In this document: piece after piece, positions 49,201 to 62,024 of the stretch | Layout of the letters: each line of letters starts with the position of its first letter | How positions within the stretch are numbered: position 1 is the stretch's first letter | Assembly: GCA_013239625.1 (NCBI GenBank) | Contig: MU054304.1 | Coordinates: 26,017 to 88,040 of the forward strand | Length of the DNA stretch: 62,024 nt | Source of the DNA: Lama guanicoe | Lineage: Eukaryota | Reading direction: 5' to 3' | Program-made: the position numbers and the translations under genes | The notes under the pieces: model-generated | The model's database searches: none | What the model was told of the DNA's origin: nothing | Seen by the model: the letters and a program-made list of their open reading frames with translations, nothing else

Positions 49201-51859
49201 AGTCCTGTTGATGAAAGCACTGAGTGGTGTTGCCATTCTGTATAGCCCTCTGGTACTACTTACACAGGAACACATCTGCTCCACTTTGGGGTACGTATCT
49301 AAAATTGAAAGTAACGCAAAAGGATAAACATTACACGCCTCTTCAGTGTCATACCAGTGTATCACCTATCAGGTCCATTCAAGGATTATTTCATTCTCTG
49401 GGGTAATGTACCTTGGTTTCACTTACTATTTACTACTCGTTAGGGACAAGGTTCTGTTAAAATTAGATGTTGACTTTAATTTTAAAAAAATTAGTTAAGT
49501 TACAAATGATTTATCTGGTGGAAAAGGTAGCCTGAAGGCTATGGTCTTATTATCCTGTAAGACAGTAATTCATTTTTGTATCCAACTTAGTGATGTTATT
49601 CCTGCATTCATTCTTTAGGGTACAACATGAACTCAGTCTCTCCCAGCTAATCTGAACTAGGCATGGTCATGCCTCTGGCTATGTCATGAATGAGTTAAAT
49701 AAACCTTTCAAATGTGCTTATCACATATTTACAAGAGTCATGTTTAACTCATGAAAAGTTATACTTTTGAAAAGTTTTGAAAATGTTATACTCAGACAAT
49801 TCTGAAGGTCCCAGTGAGATGTCCAAATGGATTCACCTATATGAGTCAATTATACTGTGTGACTTGAGAAGTGGACTTCATGGGCTATTTCAGCCCCAGC
49901 ATGTACTCTTTTCTTGGCTGCCTCAGTAAATCCCAAGCAGCAGTAAAACTCTACTTTCTTTCACTCTGTTTCTCTCTATCCTCTCTCCAACATGTTTTGG
50001 ATTTTCTTTTAGGGCCAAGTTTAGTTTTGGTTCTGGGTTGTACAATGCTGGTAAGTTATTCTGACTAGGAATCTAATTTTATGGTGATTTCTGCAGGGAT
50101 GATAGAAATCTCTTCCAGTTATCTGGGGTTCAAAGTGAATCCTTAGATAAATGAGACTGACATAATAATTTTGGTTTAAAAATAATCATATATTTTCATT
50201 CTGATTTTATCAGTGGAAAACATAAGATTTTAGATTATAAAAACTATAAAACTATGTGTTAAACTAAATTGTTATAATCCTTTCAAACTTTTTGATATCA
50301 AAAGTAACTGTATTGCTCTGGAGTGTGTTAGCCTAAATATAATACTGAAGATTCTTAGTTAAGACCTTGGTTATTAAATAAGAAAACTTAATGGATAATC
50401 TTTGGAAATCTGAATGATTTCTAAGGTAAAATATAAAAACATTGGTCTCCATGCATAGTTTTAACATATATGCCATTACTATTTAATATGTATACCTCAT
50501 TATTCTTTATGTTGAGAGTGGTTATACCTCTGGGTATTATAAACAAACACATTAATTTCTGTCCCTTTTATAAGGGCTTAAAAGGGAGGTAGGTGGCTTT
50601 GGGGAGTGGTATCACATAAGCCAAGAACCCTTCTAGTTTGTTAAAAAGTTTACATATGACAGTTCTCAATTATCTACCTCCCACAATTTTCTGTGGTTAA
50701 AAATTATAATATGAGTAGTTAAGACTGTCTGGAAACAACAGTTGCAGAGATGTAATGGGATATAGTTTTGTCATATTTAAAATAAAACAAACCAGATAAT
50801 AGTTTTCATGGGTTTATTTTCAATTTAGCATTTGATCTTGGGAAAACTATGTAAAAACAGTCCTAAATAACTACTATTTAACAAAGATATCCAAATGGAA
50901 ATAAAAACTAAAATGAAATTTAAAGTAATACATATCAAAAATGGGGCTACACATTAAGCAGGTAACAAAGGAAAGTTATAACAATATTTATATAATCAGT
51001 ATATAAACTATAGTTATATAATCAAGAACCGTGTGGTGGTTGTGGGAGCCCAGTCCTACCAGAATAAGAGATCTAGAAATACTTTGATAATTTGGTAGAT
51101 CACAAAATGACAAAATAAGCATACTATCCAAAATATAAAGGTAAGTTTAAGAATTATTCAAGCTAAGAGTTGAAAATCTGTTGACTTTGATGGAAGGGAC
51201 TGGGGCAGTAGGGATGGGAATGTATAGATGGAAAAAGTGGGCTGCTGTTTTTCAATATAAGCTCTTTAATATTATGTGATTTTAAATTCTATACTATACT
51301 ACTTTGGTAAAAAGGAAAATTTAATTAATTATACAAAAGTGGAAAAAGAATAAACAGAGACCACGAGTGGAAAAGTATGGGGTCAAAGGAAGACAGTGAA
51401 GGAAGTGAATAAGCAAACTGATAGGGAGGAAAAACAGTAAGAGGAGACACAGGAAAATAAAATACTTAAGGCTAGCTGAGATCTACTGAGGGCAAGGAAG
51501 GAGACTGACAAACTCCTATCTAGGTTCCCAGAGCTTTGTTGAATACAGAATTCTCTTTCAGTGGAGGCACGGTCTATTTCCAACACTATCTCCACAGATG
51601 ACGTCTTCTTCCAAGGATCTAGCAATTAATATCTACTTCAGTCAATTCCACTTCTAAATTTTTTGACTGTTTTATATCTTTTTTCTGAGCTTCCTGTTTG
51701 ATCTTCTTGTTTGCTGAATTCTACTTTGTGTATTTACAAAAATGTTCTAGCTTCCACATTAAACAATGAGTTTCTCAATAAGTCTACATATTTTCTGAAC
51801 TATGTAACACTTAGCAGCCTACCTGCACAAACTGAAAAATCAAACTTTTTTAGAAGACT

Positions 51860-53455
51860 CTATCTTAAAATATTAATTCTCTGGAAACTGATGTATAAAT
51901 TCATTTTAACCTTAATCAAAATGTCAGCAGTTATTTTTATGTGTGTGAATATTAATAAGCTGATTCTAAAATTTATATGAAAATGCAAAATACTAAGAGA
52001 AGAAGCAGGAGAACTTGCACTACCAGATAATAAGCCTTGTTATATGCTACAGTATTATTATAGTGTGGTATTGAGACAAAGGTAGACAAGCCAATGGAAC
52101 AAAATTAAGTCCAGAGACAAACTTACAGATACAGGGACACATGATTTATGACAAAGGTAGCCTTACAGGGAGTGGGGAAAAGTCTTTTAAATAAACATTG
52201 CTGGGTCAATTGGATAGTCACATGGAAACAAATGAAATTTGACCCCTACCTCACACTACATACAAATATCAGCTCCAGGGAACTGTAGATCTAAATGTAA
52301 AAGGTAAAACAAAGAAGCTAGTAGAATAAAACACAGGGAACATTTTCATGACTTTGGGGTAGGCAACGATTTCTACACAGAACACAAAAAGTAACAACTA
52401 TAGAGGAAAAGACAGATAAGTTTGACTACTTAAAATTAATAACATCAACAGAAAACACGAAGAATAAAAAAATAAGCCACAGAGTGGTAGATAATATTTA
52501 CAAAGGGCTCATATACAGAATATCACTAAGAAACAGACATATAACCCAATGAACAACCCAAGAAACTTAAACAAGTCACAGAACACACACACCCCAGAAC
52601 AGTTTAACTTAAAAGGTCCAGCAATATCAGGAATTGGCAAGAATGCAGAACAATGCAACTTTCCTTCATATTGCTAGTAGAAGTATGAACTGGTATAATG
52701 ACTTTGGAAAACCGGCATTATCTATTAAAATTGAACAAACACACATCCTATTACCCAGTAATTCCACTCCTAGATATACACCCAGAAGAAATGTGTACAT
52801 ATATGCACCAAAAGGTCTGTACAAGAACAGGGGAAGGGTATAGCTCAGTGGTAGAGTGTGCACTTAGCATGCCCAAGGTCCTGGGTTCAATCCCCAGTCC
52901 CTCTATTAAAATAAATAAACAAACCTAATTACCTCTCACCCCAAAACAAAAGAATATTTACAGCAGCATTATGTAAAATAGCTAAAAACTGGAAAACAAC
53001 CCAACTGACCCAACTGTCAATTGCAGAAAGGACACTTTATTTATAATAATAAGCAATATATAATATAAAATATATCCATACAATGGAATACAGCACAGTG
53101 ATGAAAATGAACTAACATCAGCTATATCCAATACCATGGATGATACATCCCATAAAGTTGAGAAAAAACAAAAAAAGGCAAAATAATAAATACTGTATGG
53201 TTCTACTTATATGCAGCTCAGAAACAGGCAAAATTAATTCATGGAGGTGGAAATCAAGATGGTGTTTATTTTGGGGGAAAACAAAGAGGCTGGTGATTGG
53301 GAAAGGGCAGAAAGGGTGCTAGTAATTTTCTATTACTTGTCTGAAGTGGTGGTTATATTGATACACATTCACTTGCATAATTTGTCACTCTATGATCATA
53401 ATCATGTATTTTCCATATGTATGTTATATATTAATTTTTTAATGTAAAAAATAAC
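51860..53455 (+). mobile_element. Old L1 3' fragment
   Basis: ORF2 C-terminal and 3'UTR motifs (tgacccctacctcacactacatacaaa; acccagtaattccactcctagatatacacccaga). Confidence 0.75.
52829..52952 (+). mobile_element. Vic-1-like SINE inserted in an old L1
   Basis: GGGTATAGCTCAGTGGTAGAG...GGGTTCAATCCCCAG with an extended tail. Confidence 0.88.
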
Positions 53456-53885
53456 CAAATGTTTAATACATGAAAGAATGAACTACTAAATCCAGGATAA
53501 ACTGGTTATTGAAGGTAACAAATACTTGGAAAGTAGACAAAACAAAAACCAGTATAGGAAGAGAAAACACACACACGCACAAGCTTTGGCTGGGTATGGA
53601 ATGAGTGGGAATATCTACTCAGGGTGGGAATATCTACTGTTATACTAGTCTAAATGCTGCAGATCCTATGAAGGAATGAAATCTAAAACACGGTAGAATA
53701 ATTGTCTTGGAAATGAAGAAGGAAGGTATTTGTTACACTGGACTGGGAGGAAAGTATAAGAGAAAACAAAGCAAGATACCTTTTTTATGGAAGAGGCCTT
53801 GGGTTTTTGAGGGGAGCTTCCTGATAACATCTTGTAGGTAATATCTCCTCAAGGCTCTGCTCGTGCTATATCATCTCTCAATTAC

Positions 53886-53973
53886 CTGAACAAAGGCCTC
53901 TTGTCAGCTCTCTGTCAACCATCCAGGGCTCTTTTCCTTGTTCCAAAAACAGCTGGCTTAGAATTGGAAAGTC
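53886..53973 (-). pseudogene. ZNF829: KRAB-B exon with an 8-nt frameshifting deletion
   Basis: In-frame reading gives GLSNSKPAVFGTRKRALDG*; LEQGKEPWMV is in a different frame; splice sites are intact. Confidence 0.88.
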
Positions 53974-54189
53974 CTGATCACAAGAAAAGATACGGGACAT
54001 TGTTATGCTGCTGGTGTCCCAGAAATCAGATCCTGTCCCTTGATGATCGAGAAAGAGATGCCACTATAGGAAGAATCAGAGAAAGATGAAGATAAAGCTT
54101 CAGCCACGGCCCATTGGAGCTGCCTGTTTCCACCTCTTCCATTCCATGCCAACTCAACCATTCCTTGGGGAACAGGGAGCAGAAATTTA

Positions 54190-54483
<294 letters not shown>

Positions 54484-57400
54484 TTATTAAGAAAATTGAA
54501 GGGGCTGGAATTATATAAGTCAAGACACATCTCCTATATACAGAGGGATGTGTCTAGGAACGTGCAAATAGAGTGGACTTTTCCAATGAGGTCAAATAGC
54601 AAGGATGCAGCTCAGTGCCTGGCCACAGTAAAGTCTGCGTAAATGAGGGTTCCTTCCCCCTCCCCATGTTCCCTTTAAGCCCCAAGAGAGGAAAAAAGGT
54701 GATGGACTTAAAAAAATATCTTAGATATATTTTGGAGTAAAATTTCAGAATATTAGAGAAGGACAGAACTTTCTAAAAGCTTCTGTGGATCACATAAAAA
54801 TTTTCAGGAATCAGAATGGCAATGGATTTCTCAACAGCACCATTTGAAGTAAGAAAACAAAGTGATTCCTTTAATGTTACAAAGGAAAATGAATTCCAGC
54901 TGAGAATTCCATACCCAGCCAAAGCTAGTATGAAGATTATATACCAAGCAAGATTAAATACCCAGCTAGTGTAAAGATAAAATCAAGACAATCGTAGATC
55001 TGCAGAGAATGAATGATAAAATTATCTCTTACATAGCCTTTTTTAGGAAGCTACTGGCCTATAAATTAAGAAAATGAAAGGTATCATATTCAGAAACTAG
55101 AAAACTAACATGAGAATGGTGAACAAAGACCAGTATAATTGTAAAAGTCTAGTCCCAGGACATATCTGGCAGCAGACCTAGAAAGCAGCACCTAAGAACA
55201 GGAGGACAGAGAACTGGGGGAAAGAAACTGACCACTGAGCAAAGAAAGAGTTCAGGTTGAGTAAACAATGAAGTTTACTATGTTTCCCTTTTCACACTGC
55301 AAGCTTCTAGCTTGAAGCAAGCTTGAACTCAGAGAAAAGGCTTTGAATGAAACTTCCATATTATCGCACTCAACTAGAGGTTATAATTAGTAAAACGAGA
55401 CTGATCTGGTGACTGAAAATAACCAAAGAATACCAAAGTGATCAAAACAATTATAGGGACTGCACAAGCTTTTATCCAGGGCAACAAAACAATTAGCCAT
55501 AGAGTTGAGAGTGGAAATTACAGGAAAATAAATTCTTTTGCTTGACTCTATGCAGTCCTGCTTCTTTCAAAGTAGTAGTTATAAGGTGAGTTGGTTTCTC
55601 AGGTACACAGTCATATCATCTGAAGAAAATGATAATCTTACATCCTCTTTTCTAATTTTTAACCTAATTTTTCCTCTTGTCTAAGTGCTTTGGTTAACAC
55701 CTACAGCACAATGTTACATAACAATGGCAATGGTATATACCCTTGTCTTTTTTCCAAATTTACTGAGGATGTTTCATAATATTCCTGATTAAACAAAAGG
55801 TTAGCTACTGAACATAATTATTTTCCAGTATACTACCTCCCTAGACTTATTCCCATTAATAGTGGGCAATAATCTTCATTATAGAGATGATGAGTGTAAT
55901 TAGATGTTGATGGGAGAGGGGAATCAGATACTGTCTGGGCTGGGGCACAGGAAAATGGATTGAAAAGGCTCAGCCTTTTTCTGAAGAAACTCAGACAGAA
56001 AGGCCTTAAGCAGAATAGACTTGGAGACTGATTCTCATCCTGATTTTCTCAGCCTCTGTATCAAACACATTTTTTAAGTTGAGAATTCCAAATTTTGTTC
56101 CTCAGCTCCAAATTTATACCTTCAGAAAACACTGTTCCTACTCTGAGTACTCTACCTTGGTACACTCTAATTTTCAGATAATCGAATCATAAAATGAATA
56201 GCCTTATGATTTGGTGAGTTCCCCAAGATTAGAAGTGTTGAAACACAACTGAATAAAGATATTTTTTCTACTAGTTAGAGGAAAAATCCAAAAACTCTAG
56301 CTACCCGCCATGTCCTCCACCCACTTCTGTGACAAAGCAAGGTTCTTTTGCTTAATATTGCTTTGATTTGAGCTGTAAGTATTAACTCTAAAAACCAAAA
56401 AGAGATTAAGAGATAAAAAAAATGGTGAGAAATTATAACCTATGTGTAATTAGAGCCTAAGAAGAAGAGGAGAGAAAATGAGGCAGGGCCAATCTATGAA
56501 GATGGCTGAAGATTTTCCTGAACACCTATCCACAAATTCAAAAACTTTTAACAAATTGCAAGCAGACAAATAAAAAGGAATGCCCACTTACACATTGCAT
56601 ACTAGAATTACAGAAAACCTAAAACAGAGAGAAAGTCTTAAAAATAGCCAGAGGAAGAAAAGCCAAATTACCTCAAAGGAGGAGCTAGAATAATCAAGAC
56701 TAGGTTAAATAAATGGAATTATCACTGTAAGTATAAATATAGTAGATTATTTGCATAACTTTGGGACAAGGAAGCATTTCCTAAATAAAACACCAAAAAC
56801 AACAACCATAAAGGGAAAAAAATAGATCAATTTGGCTTCGTTAAAAAATTTGGACTTTTATTCATAAAACTACCTTAAAGAAAGTGACAAAACAATCCGA
56901 ATAGTAGAAAAATATAATCAATAAAGGATCCATATCCAGATTACATAAAGAATTCCCATGAATCAATACAATAATCCAAGAGTAAAATGTGTAAAAGATT
57001 TGAACAGGCATGTCGTGAAAGAAGAAACCCTGATAACCAACAGAACAGGAAATGGTGTTCAATCTCACTACTAATCATGGAAATCCAAACTCAAACCTGT
57101 ATGAATGTATGTATATGTGTTAGTATAAATACACATTTAAAATAAATATTTAAAGATTTCATGTCTGACACTGATCTGAAGAAAAGATAAACCATAACTC
57201 ATTCATGCAAAAAATAATACGTATCTTTGAAAATGGTATTTACAAAGATCATTTGACGACAAAGGAGAATGACCCTTTATTTAGAGAAACTGAAGGATAT
57301 AAAATGGTAAATGAAGTATAATTTGATTTTGAAAAAATAATGAAAACACTCCAAAATATTAACACGGTTTAAGTGGTCCCATTTTTTTTCTCGGTAATTC

Positions 57401-58099
57401 TGTGTTTTTTAAATCTCTAGAATAATCATGCTTTTATTTTAAAATCATAATACTGCATTTAAAAAGAAAAAAACTCGGCAAAAGGAAGTGAAGCCGTTTT
57501 CCAATCAAGTAAACATTAGGTGTATGGGAGTTACTGTGCTTCAATAGCAGGCTCTACTATCCTTCCTTCCAGTGGGAAAATTATAGGAACCTATAATCAA
57601 ATGACGTATCTTTATTAAGTATTAACTTTCACAAGAAGGAAAGCAAAGAGGAAACCCCAACATACCTTGGACACTGCTTGCAGAAGTTCATCGTGCATTC
57701 TTTCCCTCTCTTCTGCGCCCCACCTGCAGAAGGGTAGAACTGGGAGAGGAGAAAGTAACTCTGAGACACCAGGTTTTTCTTCTTGCTCAAAGTGGTCAGG
57801 TCAGCGGTCAGCCCCAGCCCCCCGCCCTCCGCAACACACCCAGAGAATGGAGATTAGAGGAACACGGGGCATCCTGTCCCATCCTAGTGTCTTAGGAAAA
57901 GGCGGAGGTCACTGCTGTCGAGGACAGCAGAGGTTTCCTAGGGACAGAGTTCTGGAATCACAATCGCACAGCTGACAGGCGCCTGATACCCATACACACT
58001 GTGCCACATACATTAGGCGCAGTCATACTTAAAAGAAGGGAACACGCCCTCCACACCCACACACACAGAGCCGTAATACAGATGCAAACTCCCCACGAA

Positions 58100-58970
58100 C
58101 ACATACAGTTACACTCTCAGAGTCGCAGGTACCCCAGTGCCGCGGGGTCACAATCCCACAACGATAGGCATCCTATGTCCGCACACTGGCCGCACAACCT
58201 CCTCTTTCCATGTCGCTCCGCCCGCACAGGCTCAAGGACCCAGCTTCGCGTCGGCCTCTGGTCTCTTCAACTTAGGCCTTTCAGGTCCCCCAAGGTTTGA
58301 ACCTGCAGAGCTGAGCCAGTTCCCCAGGAGCCCACGGTCTCTCACCTCGCGGATCTAACGGTCCCGCCAGACAACACGAAAAGTTCAAGTTCCTGCGAGA
58401 AGAGCGACGGGCCGCTGGGTCCTCTGGGAAATGTGGTCCACAGCCGGCCCCACGGCCGGTTCCCCTCAGCGCCCGGCCGGCTCCACGCGAAACGACGGCT
58501 CCTGCAATTCTCAGAGTCTCGTCAGGTCCCAGACTTGCGTCTCGCGGTAGCTTGGCCGGCTTGGGCTCAGCCTCCCGAGCGGACCTGGCTCATCCCCTCC
58601 CTCGTACAGGAAACGCCTGCTCGGTTCTGGCCGGAAGTTGATTCGGGCCGCGGGGCCTTCTGGGAGGTGCTGTGTAGCGGAACGTCCGTAGGGAGGCGGG
58701 CGTGGGGGGATAGTTCGGCGTTACCGGCACCTGGCCCGGGCCTTCCTGCGGGTCGCCTTCGCCCGGCCTCTCAGAAACTGCGCACTAGATGCGCATTCGG
58801 GCGTTTCCGGCAGGTGACGCTGCCGCGTCCCCGGAGCGGGCCTTGAAGGAGGGGCTCAAGCAGTCTGGGCTGCACCAGCGCGCGCGGCTGACGGGGCGGA
58901 GCCTTAGAGGAGGCCCAGAGTGTCTGGAGTAGCGGCTGTGCGGCGTGCGCGGGGTGGGAATACGCTCCGG
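58100..58970. promoter_or_regulatory. CpG island, probable bidirectional KRAB-ZNF promoter
   Basis: CpG-rich; ZNF143/SBS-like CTGGGAAATGTGGTCC (~58424), ETS CCGGAAGT (~58631), TGCGCA motifs (~58780-58796); minus-strand donor GAG|GTGAGA at ~58346. Confidence 0.8.
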
Positions 58971-59459
58971 GAGAGTGTTTGGAGTTGTTAGAACAAGAAA
59001 CTGTCGTGGAGAGTTCGTGATTATAATAATCTGTGGGGTTGTGATCCTGTGTGTGTGTACGTGTGATTGTGATGATGTGAGTGTGATGGAGTAATTGTGA
59101 TGGGATGTCTGTGTTATGGTTATGTTTGTGATTTATGACAACGTGTGTGGTGTCTGTGACTGTCAGGCAGCTGTGCAGTGTCTGTGAGTGTGGTGAGATA
59201 TTTGTGACTGATAGTGGTTCTTACCTGAGTTGACTTGTGAGTAGCCTTTGGCATAATTGGTAATTGAAAAAAATCTCTGTGTTTGGTTTCGAGTGGTCCT
59301 TTCTCCCCATTGGCCACTCTCATTATAATATCCTTTGCTGCGATCCCCCCTCCCCCACCCCCAGCAGTTCTTGGCCCTGTTCTGTTGCGTTCCAGTTTCC
59401 CTTGGTGATTTTCCCCGCCAGATTTATGATCTAATCTTCCTGTGGCTTCTTTTATTATA

Positions 59460-59900
59460 TGTATTAGTTATTTTTATTTTGCCTAACAGACCACCCTGAA
59501 ACTGAGTGGCATACACAAGCATTTATTCTCTTGTTCACAGGTTTGTGAGTTCTCTGTGTTCAGCGTATCTAGTCTGGGCTTGGCTGGGTGGCTGGGCTGC
59601 AGAATGGATTTAGATTTGATTCACATGTGTTCTTTCTGCAGCTCAGGCTAAAAGGACAGGGGTTACCAAGACATGTTCTTCTCATGGTGGATCACCAGAG
59701 CACAAGATAGATCATAAAATTCCCTTAAAACCTCTGCTCCCAAATATACTACTACGTTAGCCAAAGCTGGTAACCTGCCTAAGCTTAACATTAATTACGC
59801 CCACAATCAGAGAGCAAGGCAGTTAAACGGTAAAGAATGTGAATGTATAATCCTGTTAGAGGTAAGATGAGGAATTGGGACCAAGATTCCAATCTACAGC
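59460..59900. mobile_element. MaLR/ERVL (MLT-type) LTR remnant
   Basis: tgtattagtta...aacagaccaccctgaaactgagtggc...catttattctct. Confidence 0.6.
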
Positions 59901-60399
59901 ATCAAGAAACATACCTCTTTATTTCTGGTGACTGCTTTTTAGTCCAGGTTGTCTTTTGTCTGATAATACGTTTTTCAGGTTTTGTTACTGTATTTTCCAG
60001 GAATTTCATTTTACAACCCCTTCTGTTTGTCTTTATACTTCAGGTCTGTCTCTTGTAAAGTGCATATTGCTGGGCATTCCCCCTCTTTTATCCTGTTAGA
60101 CTATTATTTTAATGTGAGTTTAATTCATTTACATTTATTGTGATTGTTGATTTAAAATTTTCTATTATAGCTTCTTTTTTTATTGTGCAGGTTTACCTTT
60201 ATCCCCTTTCTCTCTCCACTGCTTTGGTTTCTTATCCTGGAATTTTTAACGTGCATATTTAACAAAACCCAAACTTAAGGTTTTAGAACACTTGAACTCC
60301 AAACTACCCACCGATTTCTATGTTATTCTTGACTGATGTATCGCCTTCTTCTAATTTTAATTACCTGAAATTAGTAGTAATTCATTTGCTCAGTATATA

Positions 60400-60624
60400 C
60401 AGCTGACCTTTGAACAACATGGGAGTTAGAGGCATCACTCCCCCTCCTCCCCTTGTAGTCAAAACTCCAAGTAGAGCTTTACAGTTGGCCCTCTGTATCT
60501 TAGGTTTTGCAACTGCGTATTCAACCAACCTCAGATCGTGTAGTATTGTAATACGTATTTGTTGGGAAAAATCTGCATGTAAGTGGACCCACGTAGTTCA
60601 AACCTGTGTTGTTCATGGGTCCTG
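60400..60624. mobile_element. MER8/Tigger2-type DNA transposon MITE
   Basis: Terminal inverted repeats CAGCTGACCTTTGAACAACA / TGTTGTTCATGGGTCCTG, flanked by TA. Confidence 0.8.
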
Positions 60625-60694
60625 TATGTGTGTGTATTTTTTCAATTGTATTAAAATACAGATAACATAACACATAAAATGTACTATCATAATA

Positions 60695-61300
60695 TTTGTA
60701 CCCCCACATTCATTGCAGCATTAGTTACTATAGTCAAGATGTGGAAACATCTATCCATTAACAGATGAATGGATAAAATGTGTCATATACGTACAGTGGA
60801 ATACTATTCAGCCTTAAGAAAGAAGGAAATCCTGCCATTTGTGACAACATGGACATTATGCTAAGTGCAATAAGCCAGTCACAGGACAAATACTACATGA
60901 TTCCATTTACATAAGTTATCTAAAATAGAATCAAAGAAGCAGTGAGTAGAATGGTGGTTGTCGGGCTGGAGGGAGAGGAAAATGAGGAATTGTTTTCCAA
61001 TAGGTACAAGATTTCTGTTATGTTCAATGAATAATTTCTAGAGACCTGGACAACATAGTACATATATTAACAAAATGTTATTGTGCATTTTAAAATACGT
61101 TGAGAGAGTAGATCTCATATTAGGTGTTCTTACTGAAAAAAACAAAACAACACAAGGATGTTTTTGGAGGTGATGGATATGTTTAGTACCTTGGTTATGG
61201 TATTGGTATCACAGATGTATGTATATGTCCAAACTCATCAGGACATACTCATTAAATCTGTGAAGTTTTTTGTGTATCAGACCTCAATAAAGCTAAAAAA
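60695..61300 (+). mobile_element. L1 3' end
   Basis: cattcattgcagcatt...gaatactattcagccttaagaaag...ctcaataaagct. Confidence 0.8.
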
Positions 61301-61309
61301 TACACAAAA

Positions 61310-61895
61310 AATTATCATCTTAAGCATTTTTAGGTGTACAGTTTAGTGGTATTACATTTACATTGCTGTGCCACCATCACCACTGTCCATCGGTAGAACT
61401 CTTTATCTTGCAAAACAAAAACTCTGTATCCACTAAACAGTAACTCCTCATTCCTTCTGTCCTCCAGTTCCAGGCAACCACCATCCTACCTTTTGTCTCT
61501 CTGAATTTGATTACTCTATGTACCTCATGTAAGCAAATCATACAGTATTTGTCCTTTTGTGACTGTTTTTTTTAACTTACCATAATGTCCTCAAGGTTCA
61601 TCCATATTAAAGCTTGTGTCAGAATGCCCTTCCTCTTCAAGGCTGAATAATATTTCATTGTATGTATATATCACATTTTGTTTATCCATTCATCTGTCAA
61701 TGGACAGTTGGGTTGCTTCATCTTTTGATTATTGCAAATAATACTGCTATAAGCAGGGGTATACAAACAGCTTTTTGAGTCCCTGCTTTCAGTTCTTTTG
61801 GGTATATACCCACAAGAGGAATTTCTGGATCATATAGTAATTCTTAATTTTTTGACTGCCATGCTGTTTTCCCTAGTGGCTGTACCACTTTAGCA
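61310..61895 (-). mobile_element. L1M 3' end, antisense
   Basis: catacagtatttgtccttttgtgactg...tccattcatctgtcaatggacagttgggttg. Confidence 0.8.
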
Positions 61896-62024
61896 ACATC
61901 TTCTATCAGTGGCACACAGACAAAAATAAATCCCTATTTTCATGGACTTTATATGAGGGGGTGGACAAATGATATGTATGATAAATAAATTATATAACTT
62001 GTTAGTGATAATTTCCATAAAAAA

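Noticed and set aside
53605..53638. GTGGGAATATCTACT direct repeat (two copies)
   Set aside because: Small local duplication with no supporting context.

Overview
Mammalian genomic DNA, very likely a camelid (four short tRNA-derived SINEs resemble Vic-1); there are no prokaryotic features. The window looks like a mosaic of pieces from loci that are not adjacent in human. (1) A minus-strand ANKRD26/CCDC144/POTE-family paralog (ATG 27403, 17 visible exons) has divergent but in-frame ankyrin repeats and stops at 1641, just before the coiled-coil region. (2) A G-rich ~19-bp minisatellite lies upstream of it. (3) An ARL5B-type CpG island carries an orphan exon 1 with no downstream ARL5B exons. (4) A CpG-retaining fragment of the KDM5B last exon and 3'UTR sits between two oppositely oriented old L1s. 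(5) A ZNF829-like KRAB gene has a frameshifted KRAB-B exon and no zinc-finger exon, with its probable bidirectional CpG promoter. L1, LTR, MIR and DNA-transposon remnants fill the rest, including a young L1 nested in an old L1 with a 16-bp TSD. Gene and repeat identities come from my recollection of reference sequences, not from database searches. Four assembly gaps limit the exon model.
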